NCBI GenBank assembly: GCA_035508795.1
Contig: DATJMJ010000006.1
Coordinates: forward strand, 793 to 64,792
Origin: Acidimicrobiales bacterium
Lineage (GTDB): Bacteria > Actinomycetota > Acidimicrobiia > Acidimicrobiales > Palsa-688
Reading direction: 5' to 3'
Length of the DNA stretch: 64,000 nucleotides
Below are positions 1 through 8,546 of the stretch, one piece after another. A program made the translations under genes and the position numbers. The notes beneath the pieces were generated by a model that saw nothing but the letters and a program-made list of their open reading frames with translations, searched no databases and had not been told where the DNA came from. Every line of letters starts with the position of its first letter. Within the stretch, counting starts at the first letter, position 1.

Positions 1-13
1 GGGCGGTCCACCT

Positions 14-1000
14 GTGCTGAAGGACGGGCGGTCGCACGGACGCCGACCGGGGGGCCGATTGGGTAGCTGGCCTGCGGCGACGACTGTCCTCGTAGGGGTG
101 ATCGGGGACCCGGTGCGCCACTCGCTTTCCCCTGTGCTGCACAATGCTGCGCTCGCCGAGCTCGGCCTCGACTGGGTCTATGTCGCCTTCCCGGTGGCCG
201 CCGGGCGGGGCCAGGCCGCCGTTGCCGCCATGCCCGAGCTGGGCATACGCGGGCTCTCGGTGACGATGCCGCACAAGGCTCCCGCTGCCGCAGCGTGCCA
301 CCGCCTCACGCCCGTCGCACAGCGGCTCGGGGTCGTAAATACGGTCACCAACGTGGCAGGCGTGCTGGTCGGCGACAGCACCGACGGGCCGGGGTTCCTG
401 GACTCCCTGGCAGACCAGGGCTGGTCGCCCGGGCAGAAGCGCTGCTTGGTCCTCGGGGCAGGTGGGGCTGCACGGGCCGTGGTCCTGTCGCTCGGCGAAG
501 CGGGCGCACGCTGGGTCGGCGTCGTCGCCCGCCAGCCCAAACAAGCTCTTTCGGTGGCTCACCTGGCCGAGCCGGTGGGTGCCGTGGCCTCCGTGGAGGC
601 CGCCGACGAGGCTGACCTCATAGTCAACGCCACGCCCGTCGGGATGAGCGGGCAAGGCGGCACCGAGGATTCCGCCGGAGGCGAGCGGGGCGAGCTCCCG
701 TTCGGGCTCGACGCCAAGAGGCTCGGCCCGGGGCAGCTTGTCGCCGACCTTGTATACGCCCCGGCCAACACAGCCCTACTGGCCGCCGCCCGTGCCCGGG
801 GAGCCGACACCACCAACGGGCTCGGCATGCTCATCTACCAAGCGGCGCGCCAGGTAAGGACCTGGACGGGCCGTGACGCCCCCGTTGAGGCAATGTCGGC
901 AGCTGCGCTCAGGGAGCTGGGCAAGCGAGCTGCGAGCCAGTCCACCGGCCGGCGCCCGGGAGGCCACTTCTCAACCTCGCCCGCGAAGTTGCCGAAGTAG
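14..1000 (+). CDS. aroE: Shikimate 5-dehydrogenase
   Basis: N-terminal VIGDPVRHSLSPVLHNAA substrate-binding signature and a GAGGAARAV Rossmann glycine loop. The frame has no stop between the window start and nt 14, so the 5' end may lie upstream of the window. Confidence 0.85.
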   Translation: MLKDGRSHGRRPGGRLGSWPAATTVLVGVIGDPVRHSLSPVLHNAALAELGLDWVYVAFPVAAGRGQAAVAAMPELGIRGLSVTMPHKAPAAAACHRLTPVAQRLGVVNTVTNVAGVLVGDSTDGPGFLDSLADQGWSPGQKRCLVLGAGGAARAVVLSLGEAGARWVGVVARQPKQALSVAHLAEPVGAVASVEAADEADLIVNATPVGMSGQGGTEDSAGGERGELPFGLDAKRLGPGQLVADLVYAPANTALLAAARARGADTTNGLGMLIYQAARQVRTWTGRDAPVEAMSAAALRELGKRAASQSTGRRPGGHFSTSPAKLPK

Positions 1001-1024
1001 CAGCAATAAGAACCGGAGGTTACA

Positions 1025-1963
1025 GTGTCGCTTGAAGGAACGCTCGAGACAATTGCGCTGCCGGACGTCCTGGCTCTGCTGTCTGTCACTGCAAAGACCG
1101 GTGAGCTGCGAGTCGAGACCGGCAACTGGGTTGGGAGCCTATGGTTGGACGCCGGCCAGGTTTCAGGCTTTCAGGTGGGGAACAACAAAGAGGCCGTAGA
1201 CGCCCTTTTCACGCTGCTGCGCCTCCGTGAAGGCAATTTCAGGTTCCACGCCGGCTCTCAGCCGCCCAATTCGGTTGGCCCGTTCGAGATCGGGCCCGTG
1301 CTCGAAGAGGCCGAGGCACGGCTCATGGAGTGGCCCTCCATCGCCGCTGCCGTGCCCTCGCTCACGACTGACTTGCGGCTCCAAAGCTCGATAGACGAGC
1401 CTGTAGCGCTCGCTCCCGACCAATGGCGCCTCGTGGCGACCATCGGCAGCGGGCTGAGCGTAGGCGAGGTGCTCGACGCCTGCGGGCTCGGCGAGTTCGA
1501 GGGCTCAAAGGCCCTCAAAGAGCTCGTGGACCTACATGTGGTCGACGTTGTGCTGCCTGTCAGCCCCGACGTCGGGGCGTCTCATGGCAGCCAGGCCGAC
1601 ACCGGTGAGTACCAGGTGCTCGGCGCAGGCGAAGACGCTGAAGCAGACGCCGACGGTGACGCCGAGGGCTTTGCCGCCGGTTTCGGCGGCGCCAGGCGGG
1701 CGCAGGCGACCGGTTGGGACCAAGGTGTGCGGCACGCGGCCGCCTACGAGGTGGTCCTTGCGGGAGACGCAGCCCCGGACGACGCTGCTGCGCCTCAAGC
1801 GGCGGTGCCGGGGACCGTGGCGACAGACGATGCCGAAATGCCCGATGTCTGGAGAGAAGAAGGCGAGGAAGAAGCGAGCCCGGCCGCAGAGGCACCCGAG
1901 GAAAAGGGCCAGCCCGTCAACCGCGGCCTCCTGCTCAAGTTCCTCGGTTCAGCTCGCAACTAG
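1025..1963 (+). CDS. DUF4388/PATAN-domain protein, first gene of the pilus cluster
   Basis: N-terminus SLEGTLETIALPDVLALLSVTAKTGELRVE...GSLWLDAGQV is the typical DUF4388 (PATAN) opening. RBS ggaggt at 1014-1019 precedes the GTG. The C-terminal half is acidic and Ala/Asp/Glu-rich. No receiver domain is visible. Confidence 0.7.
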   Translation: MSLEGTLETIALPDVLALLSVTAKTGELRVETGNWVGSLWLDAGQVSGFQVGNNKEAVDALFTLLRLREGNFRFHAGSQPPNSVGPFEIGPVLEEAEARLMEWPSIAAAVPSLTTDLRLQSSIDEPVALAPDQWRLVATIGSGLSVGEVLDACGLGEFEGSKALKELVDLHVVDVVLPVSPDVGASHGSQADTGEYQVLGAGEDAEADADGDAEGFAAGFGGARRAQATGWDQGVRHAAAYEVVLAGDAAPDDAAAPQAAVPGTVATDDAEMPDVWREEGEEEASPAAEAPEEKGQPVNRGLLLKFLGSARN

Positions 1964-2046
1964 GACCAAGTTCCCCAACTGAGGTAGACAAGGCTTGGAC
2001 CGGCGGGACGGCGAAGCCGCTCGGTCGCGAGCGGTAGGGCCAGAGG

Positions 2047-2091
2047 CTAGGGGCTGAGCGGGTAGGGGCTGAGCGGGTAGGGGCTGAGGGG
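2047..2091. repeat. 15-bp tandem direct repeat, 3 copies (cTAGGGGCTGAGCGG / GTAGGGGCTGAGCGG / GTAGGGGCTGAGgGG)
   Basis: Read directly at 2047-2061, 2062-2076 and 2077-2091, with one mismatch in each outer copy. A degenerate partial copy (ggtaggg) lies just upstream. Located ~180-225 nt upstream of the pilB ATG. Confidence 0.85.
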
Positions 2092-2192
2092 CCGTAGCGG
2101 CGACGAAGCCCGGGCTCATAGCCAAGTAAGTACTTGAAGATCGCTAGTTACTCGGCGCGCCTGCGGGCACGCGAGTGGGCACGGAAAAGTAA

Positions 2193-2215
2193 CCGATTGA
2201 CCTCGTCTCAATCGG
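2193..2215 (+). promoter_or_regulatory. Perfect 8-bp inverted repeat / hairpin in the pilB leader (CCGATTGA-N7-TCAATCGG)
   Basis: CCGATTGA at 2193-2200 and TCAATCGG at 2208-2215, 58 nt upstream of the pilB ATG, inside the locally AT-richer stretch 2110-2270. Function unknown (operator or 5'-UTR structure). Confidence 0.3.
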
Positions 2216-2272
2216 GAGCCGGAAAATGCCGAGAAATCACATTAGTGGCGGAGCCACGTTTTAGAGGAGGCC

Positions 2273-3988
2273 ATGGACACCAGGGTTCGTGATCGGGAGG
2301 GTGCGCTCTCAGAGGACGAGCAACTCGGCGTTGTCCTCGTAAAGAGCGGCATCATCACCATTGACCAGCTGGGCGAAGCGCTCGGCCGGGCGAAGGACCG
2401 CGGCGTCAACCTGGCTCGCGTCCTCATCGAAGACAAACTGCTCACGGAGGAACAGTTCGTCGGGACCCTTGCCGAGCAACTCGGCCTCGAGTTCGTCGAC
2501 CTCGCCACCTACCCTGTCGACCCGGCGGCAGCACGCCTCGTAAGCGAGGCACTCGCCCGCCGTTACCTCGCGCTCCCGATCGGCTGGTGGGAGGGCCGCC
2601 TCATAGTTGCAATGGCGGACCCCTCAAACGTGTTCGCCATCGACGATATCCGGGCGCTCACCGGCGCTGAGGTACGCCAGGTAGTCGCGACCGCCGAAGC
2701 GGTGACGGCGGCGATAAGCAAGTACCACCGCAAGGACAGCGAGGCCGAGCACATCAGTGCCCAGGCGTCCGCCAGCAGTGCCCCCCTCGAAGATGACCGT
2801 CTCACGCAGATAAAAGAAGTCCGTGAAGACGCCCCGATCGTACGGTTGGTCAACTTGTTGATAAGCCAGGCGATCACAGACCGGGCGTCGGACGTCCACG
2901 TCGAACCGACGGGCAAGGACGTCCGCATCCGTTACCGGATCGACGGGGTGCTCCACGAAGTGATGCGCTCGCCGCGCAACATCCAAAACGGCATCATCAG
3001 CCGCCTCAAGGTCATGGCCGACATAAACATCGCCGAGCGGCGCATCCCTCAAGACGGCCGTATCACGAGCTCGATCGACGGCCGGCCAGTCGACCTGCGG
3101 GTGGCAACTCTGCCCACGGTGCACGGCGAAAAGGTCGTCATGCGAGTGCTCGACAACTCTACGGCCAACCTCCGCCTGTCCGAGCTGGGTTTCCTGCCAA
3201 AGAACATGGAGCGCTACGAGTCGTCCTACCAGAAGCCTTACGGGACGCTGCTCGTCACCGGCCCGACAGGTTCGGGCAAGACGACAACCCTTTACGCGAC
3301 GCTCAATATCCTCAACCAGCCAACGAAAAACGTCATCACGGTCGAGGACCCTGTCGAGTACCAGCTCGAGGGGATCAACCAGATCCAGGTCAACGCGAAA
3401 GCCGGCCTCACGTTCGCCTCTGCGCTGCGCACTATCCTGCGCGCCGACCCCGACATTATCCTTGTCGGTGAGATCCGAGACCGGGAGACGGCGGGGATCG
3501 CGATTGAAGCCGCCCTCACCGGCCACCTCGTGCTATCGACCCTTCACACGAACGACTCTTCGACAACCCCCAACCGCCTGATCGAAATGGGGGTAGAGCC
3601 CTTCCTCGTCGGCAGCGCCCTCGACTGCATCGTCGCCCAACGTCTTGCTCGCAAACTGTGCGACCGCTGCAAGCAGTCTTACCCAACCGAGAAGGAAAAG
3701 CTGATGAGCATGGGGTGGGAGACAGTAGGTATCGAGCTGCCCTCGCAACTTTTCCGCTCGGTCGGCTGCCAGGTTTGCGGCAAGACCGGGTTCATGGGCC
3801 GCTTCGCCGTGCACGAGGTCCTCAACATCAACGAAGAAATCGAGCGGATGATCGTCGAGCACGCCCACGCCGACGACATCCGCAAGGCTGCAATAGCGGA
3901 CGGCATGCTGACTCTGCGGCATGCAGGCCTCATGGCGGCAGTCAACGGCATCACATCGCTCGACGAGGTGATGCGCGTCATCGCCTAG
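2273..3988 (+). CDS. pilB: Type IV pilus assembly (extension) ATPase, GspE/PilB family, with N-terminal T2SSE_N/MshEN-type domain
   Basis: Walker A LLVTGPTGSGKTTTLYA, Walker B ILVGEIRD, and a tetracysteine cluster CDRC...CQVCGKTG typical of PilB/GspE. N-terminal GspE_N-like domain. RBS ggagg at 2265-2269. Confidence 0.92.
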   Translation: MDTRVRDREGALSEDEQLGVVLVKSGIITIDQLGEALGRAKDRGVNLARVLIEDKLLTEEQFVGTLAEQLGLEFVDLATYPVDPAAARLVSEALARRYLALPIGWWEGRLIVAMADPSNVFAIDDIRALTGAEVRQVVATAEAVTAAISKYHRKDSEAEHISAQASASSAPLEDDRLTQIKEVREDAPIVRLVNLLISQAITDRASDVHVEPTGKDVRIRYRIDGVLHEVMRSPRNIQNGIISRLKVMADINIAERRIPQDGRITSSIDGRPVDLRVATLPTVHGEKVVMRVLDNSTANLRLSELGFLPKNMERYESSYQKPYGTLLVTGPTGSGKTTTLYATLNILNQPTKNVITVEDPVEYQLEGINQIQVNAKAGLTFASALRTILRADPDIILVGEIRDRETAGIAIEAALTGHLVLSTLHTNDSSTTPNRLIEMGVEPFLVGSALDCIVAQRLARKLCDRCKQSYPTEKEKLMSMGWETVGIELPSQLFRSVGCQVCGKTGFMGRFAVHEVLNINEEIERMIVEHAHADDIRKAAIADGMLTLRHAGLMAAVNGITSLDEVMRVIA

Positions 3989-4151
3989 GCCCCGGCCGCC
4001 GAGCCGCAAGCGCCAATTGTGCATGCGCCAATTGCCGGGTTGCCCGGCCTAGCCAGTTGGACCTCATGCTTGCTTGGCCCCGAGCCGATAGACGCGGTAA
4101 CAGGGGCCTTCGCCCGGGCAATTCGGCAGCGAACGCTCCTCGGAGGACGCG

Positions 4152-5372
4152 ATGAGCAGGTTCATGGTTGGGCGCCAGCCGATCTTCGACAAGGACTTCG
4201 AGGTCCGCGGCTACGAACTGCTCTTTCGCGACCCGGGGAGGAGATTGCCAGGTGGCGACGCGATGACGGCGGACGTGCTCGTCCATGCCGGGCTCGACCT
4301 CGGCCTCGAGAACCTCGTCGGCAACAAGCTCGCTTTTGTAAACGCCACGCGCCCGTTCTTGGTGGGGGAGCAGGAAATCCCGTTCCCTCCCCAGCAGACC
4401 GTGGTCGAGATCCCCGGGACGGTGGCCTTTGACGCCGACGCCATATCGGGTTGCCGGTGGCTCGTGTCGCAGGGCTTCACCCTTGCGCTCGACGACTACG
4501 AGCTGAAAGGGAGCGAGCAGCCGCTGTTGGAGCTCGTCTCGATCGTCAAGCTCGACGTGCTCGCCCTGTCGGTCGCGGAGCTGAGACGCGACGTCGAGGA
4601 GTGCAGCGCGCTCGGGTTGGAGCTCGTGGCCGAAAAGGTCGAGACTCACGAACAGCTGGCGCAGTGCCAGGAGCTCGGCTTCGGGCTCTTCCAGGGCTAC
4701 CTGCTGTCGCGCCCCGAGATCGTCGAGGGCAATGCGCTCAGCCCGAGCAAACTGGCGTGCGTCAAGCTCGTGCACGAGCTGTGCGACCCGACAGCGACGA
4801 CCGAGGACATCCAGCGCGTCATCGAGACCGATGCCGCCCTTACCTACAGGTTCCTCCGCCTGGCAGGCGAGGGGGCGGCCCGCGGCCATTACCGGCGCAT
4901 CACTTCGGTGCACGACGGCGTGGCGGCGCTCGGCCGCGAACGTATGCGCGCCTGGGTCACCTTGATGCTGCTGTCCGACACGGGCGACGCCGTCAGCGAG
5001 CAGTTCCACATCGCCCTGGCCCGCGCCCGCATGTGCGAGCTGATCGCCACCCGTCTCGCTCCTTCGTTGTCAGGGGCGGCCTTCACCGTCGGCCTGGTCT
5101 CCGCACTCGACTTGCTCCTCGGTGCACCTGTGGCAGAGATCGTCGAGAGCCTCTCGCTCGCCGAGGAGCTGACGAGCGCCCTCACCGCAAAAGACGGCTT
5201 GCTCGGCAAGATCCTCTCCGACGTCCTCGCATGGGAAATGGGGGGCTCCGAACTGCGCCTGCGCTGCGGGCTCTCCCTCGGGAGCCTCGAACGCAGCTAC
5301 CTCGAAGCGCTGGCGTGGTCCACTCAGATCTGCGCGCTCTCCGAGGAAGAACTGGCAACAAGCGTCAGGTAG
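4152..5372 (+). CDS. EAL domain + HDOD domain protein (c-di-GMP phosphodiesterase or sensor)
   Basis: EAL-family opening QPIFDKDFEVRGYELLFR, then FVN, ALDDYELKG, VKLD, AEKVET and FQGYLLSRP motifs. The C-terminal half (KLVHELCDPTATTEDIQRVIETDAALTYRFLRLA...VAALGRERMRAWV) is HDOD-like. Confidence 0.85.
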   Translation: MSRFMVGRQPIFDKDFEVRGYELLFRDPGRRLPGGDAMTADVLVHAGLDLGLENLVGNKLAFVNATRPFLVGEQEIPFPPQQTVVEIPGTVAFDADAISGCRWLVSQGFTLALDDYELKGSEQPLLELVSIVKLDVLALSVAELRRDVEECSALGLELVAEKVETHEQLAQCQELGFGLFQGYLLSRPEIVEGNALSPSKLACVKLVHELCDPTATTEDIQRVIETDAALTYRFLRLAGEGAARGHYRRITSVHDGVAALGRERMRAWVTLMLLSDTGDAVSEQFHIALARARMCELIATRLAPSLSGAAFTVGLVSALDLLLGAPVAEIVESLSLAEELTSALTAKDGLLGKILSDVLAWEMGGSELRLRCGLSLGSLERSYLEALAWSTQICALSEEELATSVR

Positions 5373-5482
5373 CTCGCCGGGCCAGCCGGGCCCGGGCTCG
5401 AGGGCACCGTCTCGGCCGCCGATACAGGCCTCGAACGCCTGATTAGCTAAAGCGCTGGCCAAAGGCCGCCGAAGAGAAATTG

Positions 5483-7027
5483 ATGCAAACTGCCTCGCGC
5501 AAGGTCGGAGAGTTCCTAGTCGACCGCAAAGTACTGTCGAAGGACGCGCTCGAGTACGCCCTCAGCAAAGAGGTCGAGACAGGCGTCCCTCTAGCCAAGA
5601 TCCTCTCGGCCGAAGGCATCGTCAGCGAGCGCGACCTCGTCGCCGCGATCGCCGACCAGCTGAAGATGGCCTTCTGGGATCCGACGACGACCCCTGTCTC
5701 GCCACTCGTGGACGGGGTGGTGCCTGCCGAGCTGGCTCGCAAGCACCAGGTGGTCGGGATCGCCCTCGACGGGGACACGCTCCTCGTCGCCACGGACAAC
5801 CCCCTCGACGAGGGGGTCATGAAGATCATCAGCGAGGTGACCGGGTGGAAAACCCGGCCGTGCCTCGCGACCCGGAGCGACATCGACGGCGCAATCGCGG
5901 CCATGTACGGGCCGAGCACCGCAGGTGGTGCGGGGGCGCAGCTCCTCGGCGAGGAGACCAAGCCTCTCCATGTCAACCAGATGCTCGTCCGGCTTGTCGA
6001 GGAGCGGGGTTCGGACCTCCATCTCTCGGCCGGCCGCCCGCCGATGATCCGTGTCGACGGCGACCTTCGTGCGATGGACGAGTTCGAGGTCCTCACCCCG
6101 TCGAGGATCCGCGACCTGATCTACGAGATCCTTTCGCAGAAGATCCGCGAGCGCTTCGAGGAAGATCTCGAGCTCGACACTTCGCACATAGTCCCGGGCG
6201 TGGCTCGCTTCCGGCTGAACGTCTTCCAACAGCGCGACGCCGTCGGCGCTGTCTTCAGGGCGATCCCCTTCGAGATCAAGACCCTCGAGCAGCTCGGGAT
6301 CCCCACCGAAGTCCGCCAGTTCGCCGACCTCCCGAGAGGCCTCGTGCTGGTGACCGGCCCGACCGGTTCGGGCAAGTCGACCACGCTCGCTGCCCTGATC
6401 GACATCATCAACGAGTCCAAGCCGCTGCACATCATGTCGGTGGAGGACCCGATCGAGTACTTGCACAGCCACAAAACCGCAGTCGTGAACCAGCGGGAAG
6501 TGGGGGAGGACACCAAGGGTTTTGCGAACGCCCTCAAGCATGTGCTCCGCCAGGACCCAGACGTGATCCTGATCGGCGAGCTCCGTGACCTCGAGACGAT
6601 CTCAACGGCGCTGACCGCTGCAGAGACGGGCCACTTGGTCTTTGCGACCCTCCACACCCAGGACGCCCCCCAGTCGATCGACCGCATCATCGACGTGTTC
6701 CCCGCCCACCAGCAGCAGCAGATCCGTACCCAGCTCGCCACCACGATCCAGGGGGTCGTCACCCAGCAGCTGCTGCCTCGCGCGGGCGGGACAGGCCGCG
6801 CCGTCGCATGCGAGATCCTTGTTGCGACGCCCGCCGTACGGAACCTGATCCGGGAGGGCAAGACCCACCAGATTTACAGCACTATGCAAGCCGGTGCCAA
6901 GTACGGGATGAACAGCATGGACCAGATGCTCGCCGACCTCGTAAAGAGGGGCGTCGTAAGCATCGAAGTCGCCGAGGAGCGGTGTTCCAACCCCGAAGAC
7001 CTGCAGCGCCTGGTCCATTCAGCTTAG
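5483..7027 (+). CDS. pilT: PilT-type twitching-motility (retraction) ATPase with an extra ~150-aa T2SSE_N/MshEN-like N-terminal domain
   Basis: The C-terminal ~360 aa are canonical PilT: LVTGPTGSGKSTTLAA, ILIGELRD, ATLHT, and the AVRNLIREGK (AIRNLIRE) motif. The N-terminal extension resembles the PilB N-domain. ATG at 5483 (a TTG at 5480 is also possible). Confidence 0.9.
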   Translation: MQTASRKVGEFLVDRKVLSKDALEYALSKEVETGVPLAKILSAEGIVSERDLVAAIADQLKMAFWDPTTTPVSPLVDGVVPAELARKHQVVGIALDGDTLLVATDNPLDEGVMKIISEVTGWKTRPCLATRSDIDGAIAAMYGPSTAGGAGAQLLGEETKPLHVNQMLVRLVEERGSDLHLSAGRPPMIRVDGDLRAMDEFEVLTPSRIRDLIYEILSQKIRERFEEDLELDTSHIVPGVARFRLNVFQQRDAVGAVFRAIPFEIKTLEQLGIPTEVRQFADLPRGLVLVTGPTGSGKSTTLAALIDIINESKPLHIMSVEDPIEYLHSHKTAVVNQREVGEDTKGFANALKHVLRQDPDVILIGELRDLETISTALTAAETGHLVFATLHTQDAPQSIDRIIDVFPAHQQQQIRTQLATTIQGVVTQQLLPRAGGTGRAVACEILVATPAVRNLIREGKTHQIYSTMQAGAKYGMNSMDQMLADLVKRGVVSIEVAEERCSNPEDLQRLVHSA

Positions 7028-7090
7028 AGATTTGCTCAAAGAGCGTGAAATTATGCCGGCCGCCGCAAGAGAGAGTAAAAGGACGCACTG

Positions 7091-8344
7091 ATGCCGCAAG
7101 CTACTTATGACTATAAGGTCCGTGACGCCGCCGGCAAGGTCCTTCAAGGCACCCTCGAAGCAGACAACACAACCCTCGTCGTAAAGCGCCTCCGCCAGAT
7201 GGGTTACGTGCCCATCGACATCTCAGCTCGCGCCTCTGGCAAGAATGCCATGCGCAAGGACCTCCACTTACCCGGGAGGGCAGAGCACGTCCCGCTCAAG
7301 GTGCTCTCGATCTTCAGCCGGCAGTTTGCCACGCTGATCAGTTCCGGCCTGACGCTCTTCAAAGCGATCACGATCCTCGAGGAGCAGACGGAGCACCCCG
7401 GACTTGCCAAGGTCGTCGGGGACGTCCGCTTGCGCGTCGAGCGTGGCATCTCGCTTTCGGAAGCGTTGGCCGAGCACCCGAAGACTTTTAGCCAGCTGTT
7501 CGTGGCAATGGTGCGTGCCGGAGAGGCCAGCGGCGGCTTGGACAAAGCGCTCCTCAACCTGGCGACTACAATGGAGAAGCAGGTCGAGCTGCGTGGAAAG
7601 ATCAAATCGGCGATGGCTTACCCGATCGCGGCACTCTGCATTGTCCTGCTCATCGGTGCCGCGGTCCTCCTGTTCATCGTCCCTGTGTTCAAAGGGATCT
7701 TCAAACAGCTCGGCGGCCAGCTACCGACGCCAACACTGGTGCTCGTAGACATCTCCAACATTGCCGTCCACTACTTCCCGCTCGTCCTGGTCGGCTTTGT
7801 CGCCCTGGCACTGGGCTTCCGCCACCTCATCAAAACTCCCAACGGTCGCGCCGCCTGGGACGTGACAAAACTCAAGGCGCCCATCTTTGGCGAGCTGGCC
7901 CGCAAGACAGCCGTTTCCCGGTTCACTTCTACCCTGTCTGCGCTGCTCTCCGCCGGCGTGCCCGTGTTGGAGTCTCTCGAGATAACGCGCCAGACCGTTC
8001 ACAATACGGTCGTCGCCAAGGGGATCGACTCAATCATTGACGGTGTCAAAAAGGGTGAGCCCATCGCGCGTGGTCTAAGCGGCCACCCGGTGTTCCCCAC
8101 GATGATCTCGCATATGATCAGTGTGGGTGAGGAGACCGGCGGCCTCGACACGATGCTCTCGAAAGCGGCCGAGTTCCTCGACGGCGAGATCGAAAGGACT
8201 ATCGAGTCGTTGACATCATTGTTGGAGCCGCTCATGATCGTCGTCCTCGGAGGAGCCGTCGGCAGCATGGTCATTTGCCTTTATTTGCCGATGTTCAAGG
8301 TGGACACCCTGATCAATGGGAGCGGCGGCAACAGCGGTAGCTGA
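7091..8344 (+). CDS. pilC: Type IV pilus platform protein, GspF/PilC family
   Basis: 417 aa with two T2SSF-type repeats (FSRQFATLISSGLTLFKAI... and FTSTLSALLSAGVPVLESL...) and three hydrophobic segments. Confidence 0.92.
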   Translation: MPQATYDYKVRDAAGKVLQGTLEADNTTLVVKRLRQMGYVPIDISARASGKNAMRKDLHLPGRAEHVPLKVLSIFSRQFATLISSGLTLFKAITILEEQTEHPGLAKVVGDVRLRVERGISLSEALAEHPKTFSQLFVAMVRAGEASGGLDKALLNLATTMEKQVELRGKIKSAMAYPIAALCIVLLIGAAVLLFIVPVFKGIFKQLGGQLPTPTLVLVDISNIAVHYFPLVLVGFVALALGFRHLIKTPNGRAAWDVTKLKAPIFGELARKTAVSRFTSTLSALLSAGVPVLESLEITRQTVHNTVVAKGIDSIIDGVKKGEPIARGLSGHPVFPTMISHMISVGEETGGLDTMLSKAAEFLDGEIERTIESLTSLLEPLMIVVLGGAVGSMVICLYLPMFKVDTLINGSGGNSGS

Positions 8345-8546
8345 AACCCCGAAGCGTCGTCGTCCTGCCGGCTCGGGCCCCGGTAAGGCTATCGGGCGGT
8401 ACCGGGCTAAACGAGCCGCAAGCCTCAGTGCTTACAGGCGCATACCACCGGTCAGGCACCAGGGGGCGACGATGCGAGCGACTTTCCTCGACCTTGGCGT
8501 TCGTCGTACCTGCGACGGCCGACCGGCGGCCACGTCCAACCTCGTA

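Noticed and set aside
2047-2091. The tandem repeats as a CRISPR array.
   Set aside because: - The units are 15 bp and directly abutting, with no spacers.
- No cas genes are in the window.
1964-2272. A possible c-di-GMP (GEMM-type) riboswitch in the pilB leader, considered because of the c-di-GMP-related genes nearby.
   Set aside because: - I could not recognise the conserved GEMM-I/II core sequences or paired-helix layout by eye.
- Only a simple 8-bp hairpin is evident.
- A covariance-model scan is needed before any such claim.
3978-5009. Long antisense ORFs lie opposite well-supported genes. Examples: 3978-5009(-), 2624-3526(-), 5591-6541(-), 24429-25643(-), 26211-27434(-), 37966-39495(-), 39521-41512(-), 42622-43887(-), 45986-47365(-), 47544-48809(-), 56832-58013(+), 58031-59422(+), 59580-60791(+), 62799-63974(-).
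   Set aside because: - Their translations are Arg/Pro/Gly/Ala-rich low-complexity sequence with no recognisable motifs.
- Each overlaps a gene with clear family signatures on the other strand or frame.
- This is typical of stop-codon-poor frames in ~70% GC DNA.
8379-8406. Weak hairpins after pilC (CCCGGTA-N14-TACCGGG) and after aroB (GCCCGGC-N11-GCCGGGC, 27311-27335) as terminators.
   Set aside because: - The stems are only 7 bp with large loops and no U-tract.
- That is too weak to annotate confidently, although they sit at plausible operon ends.
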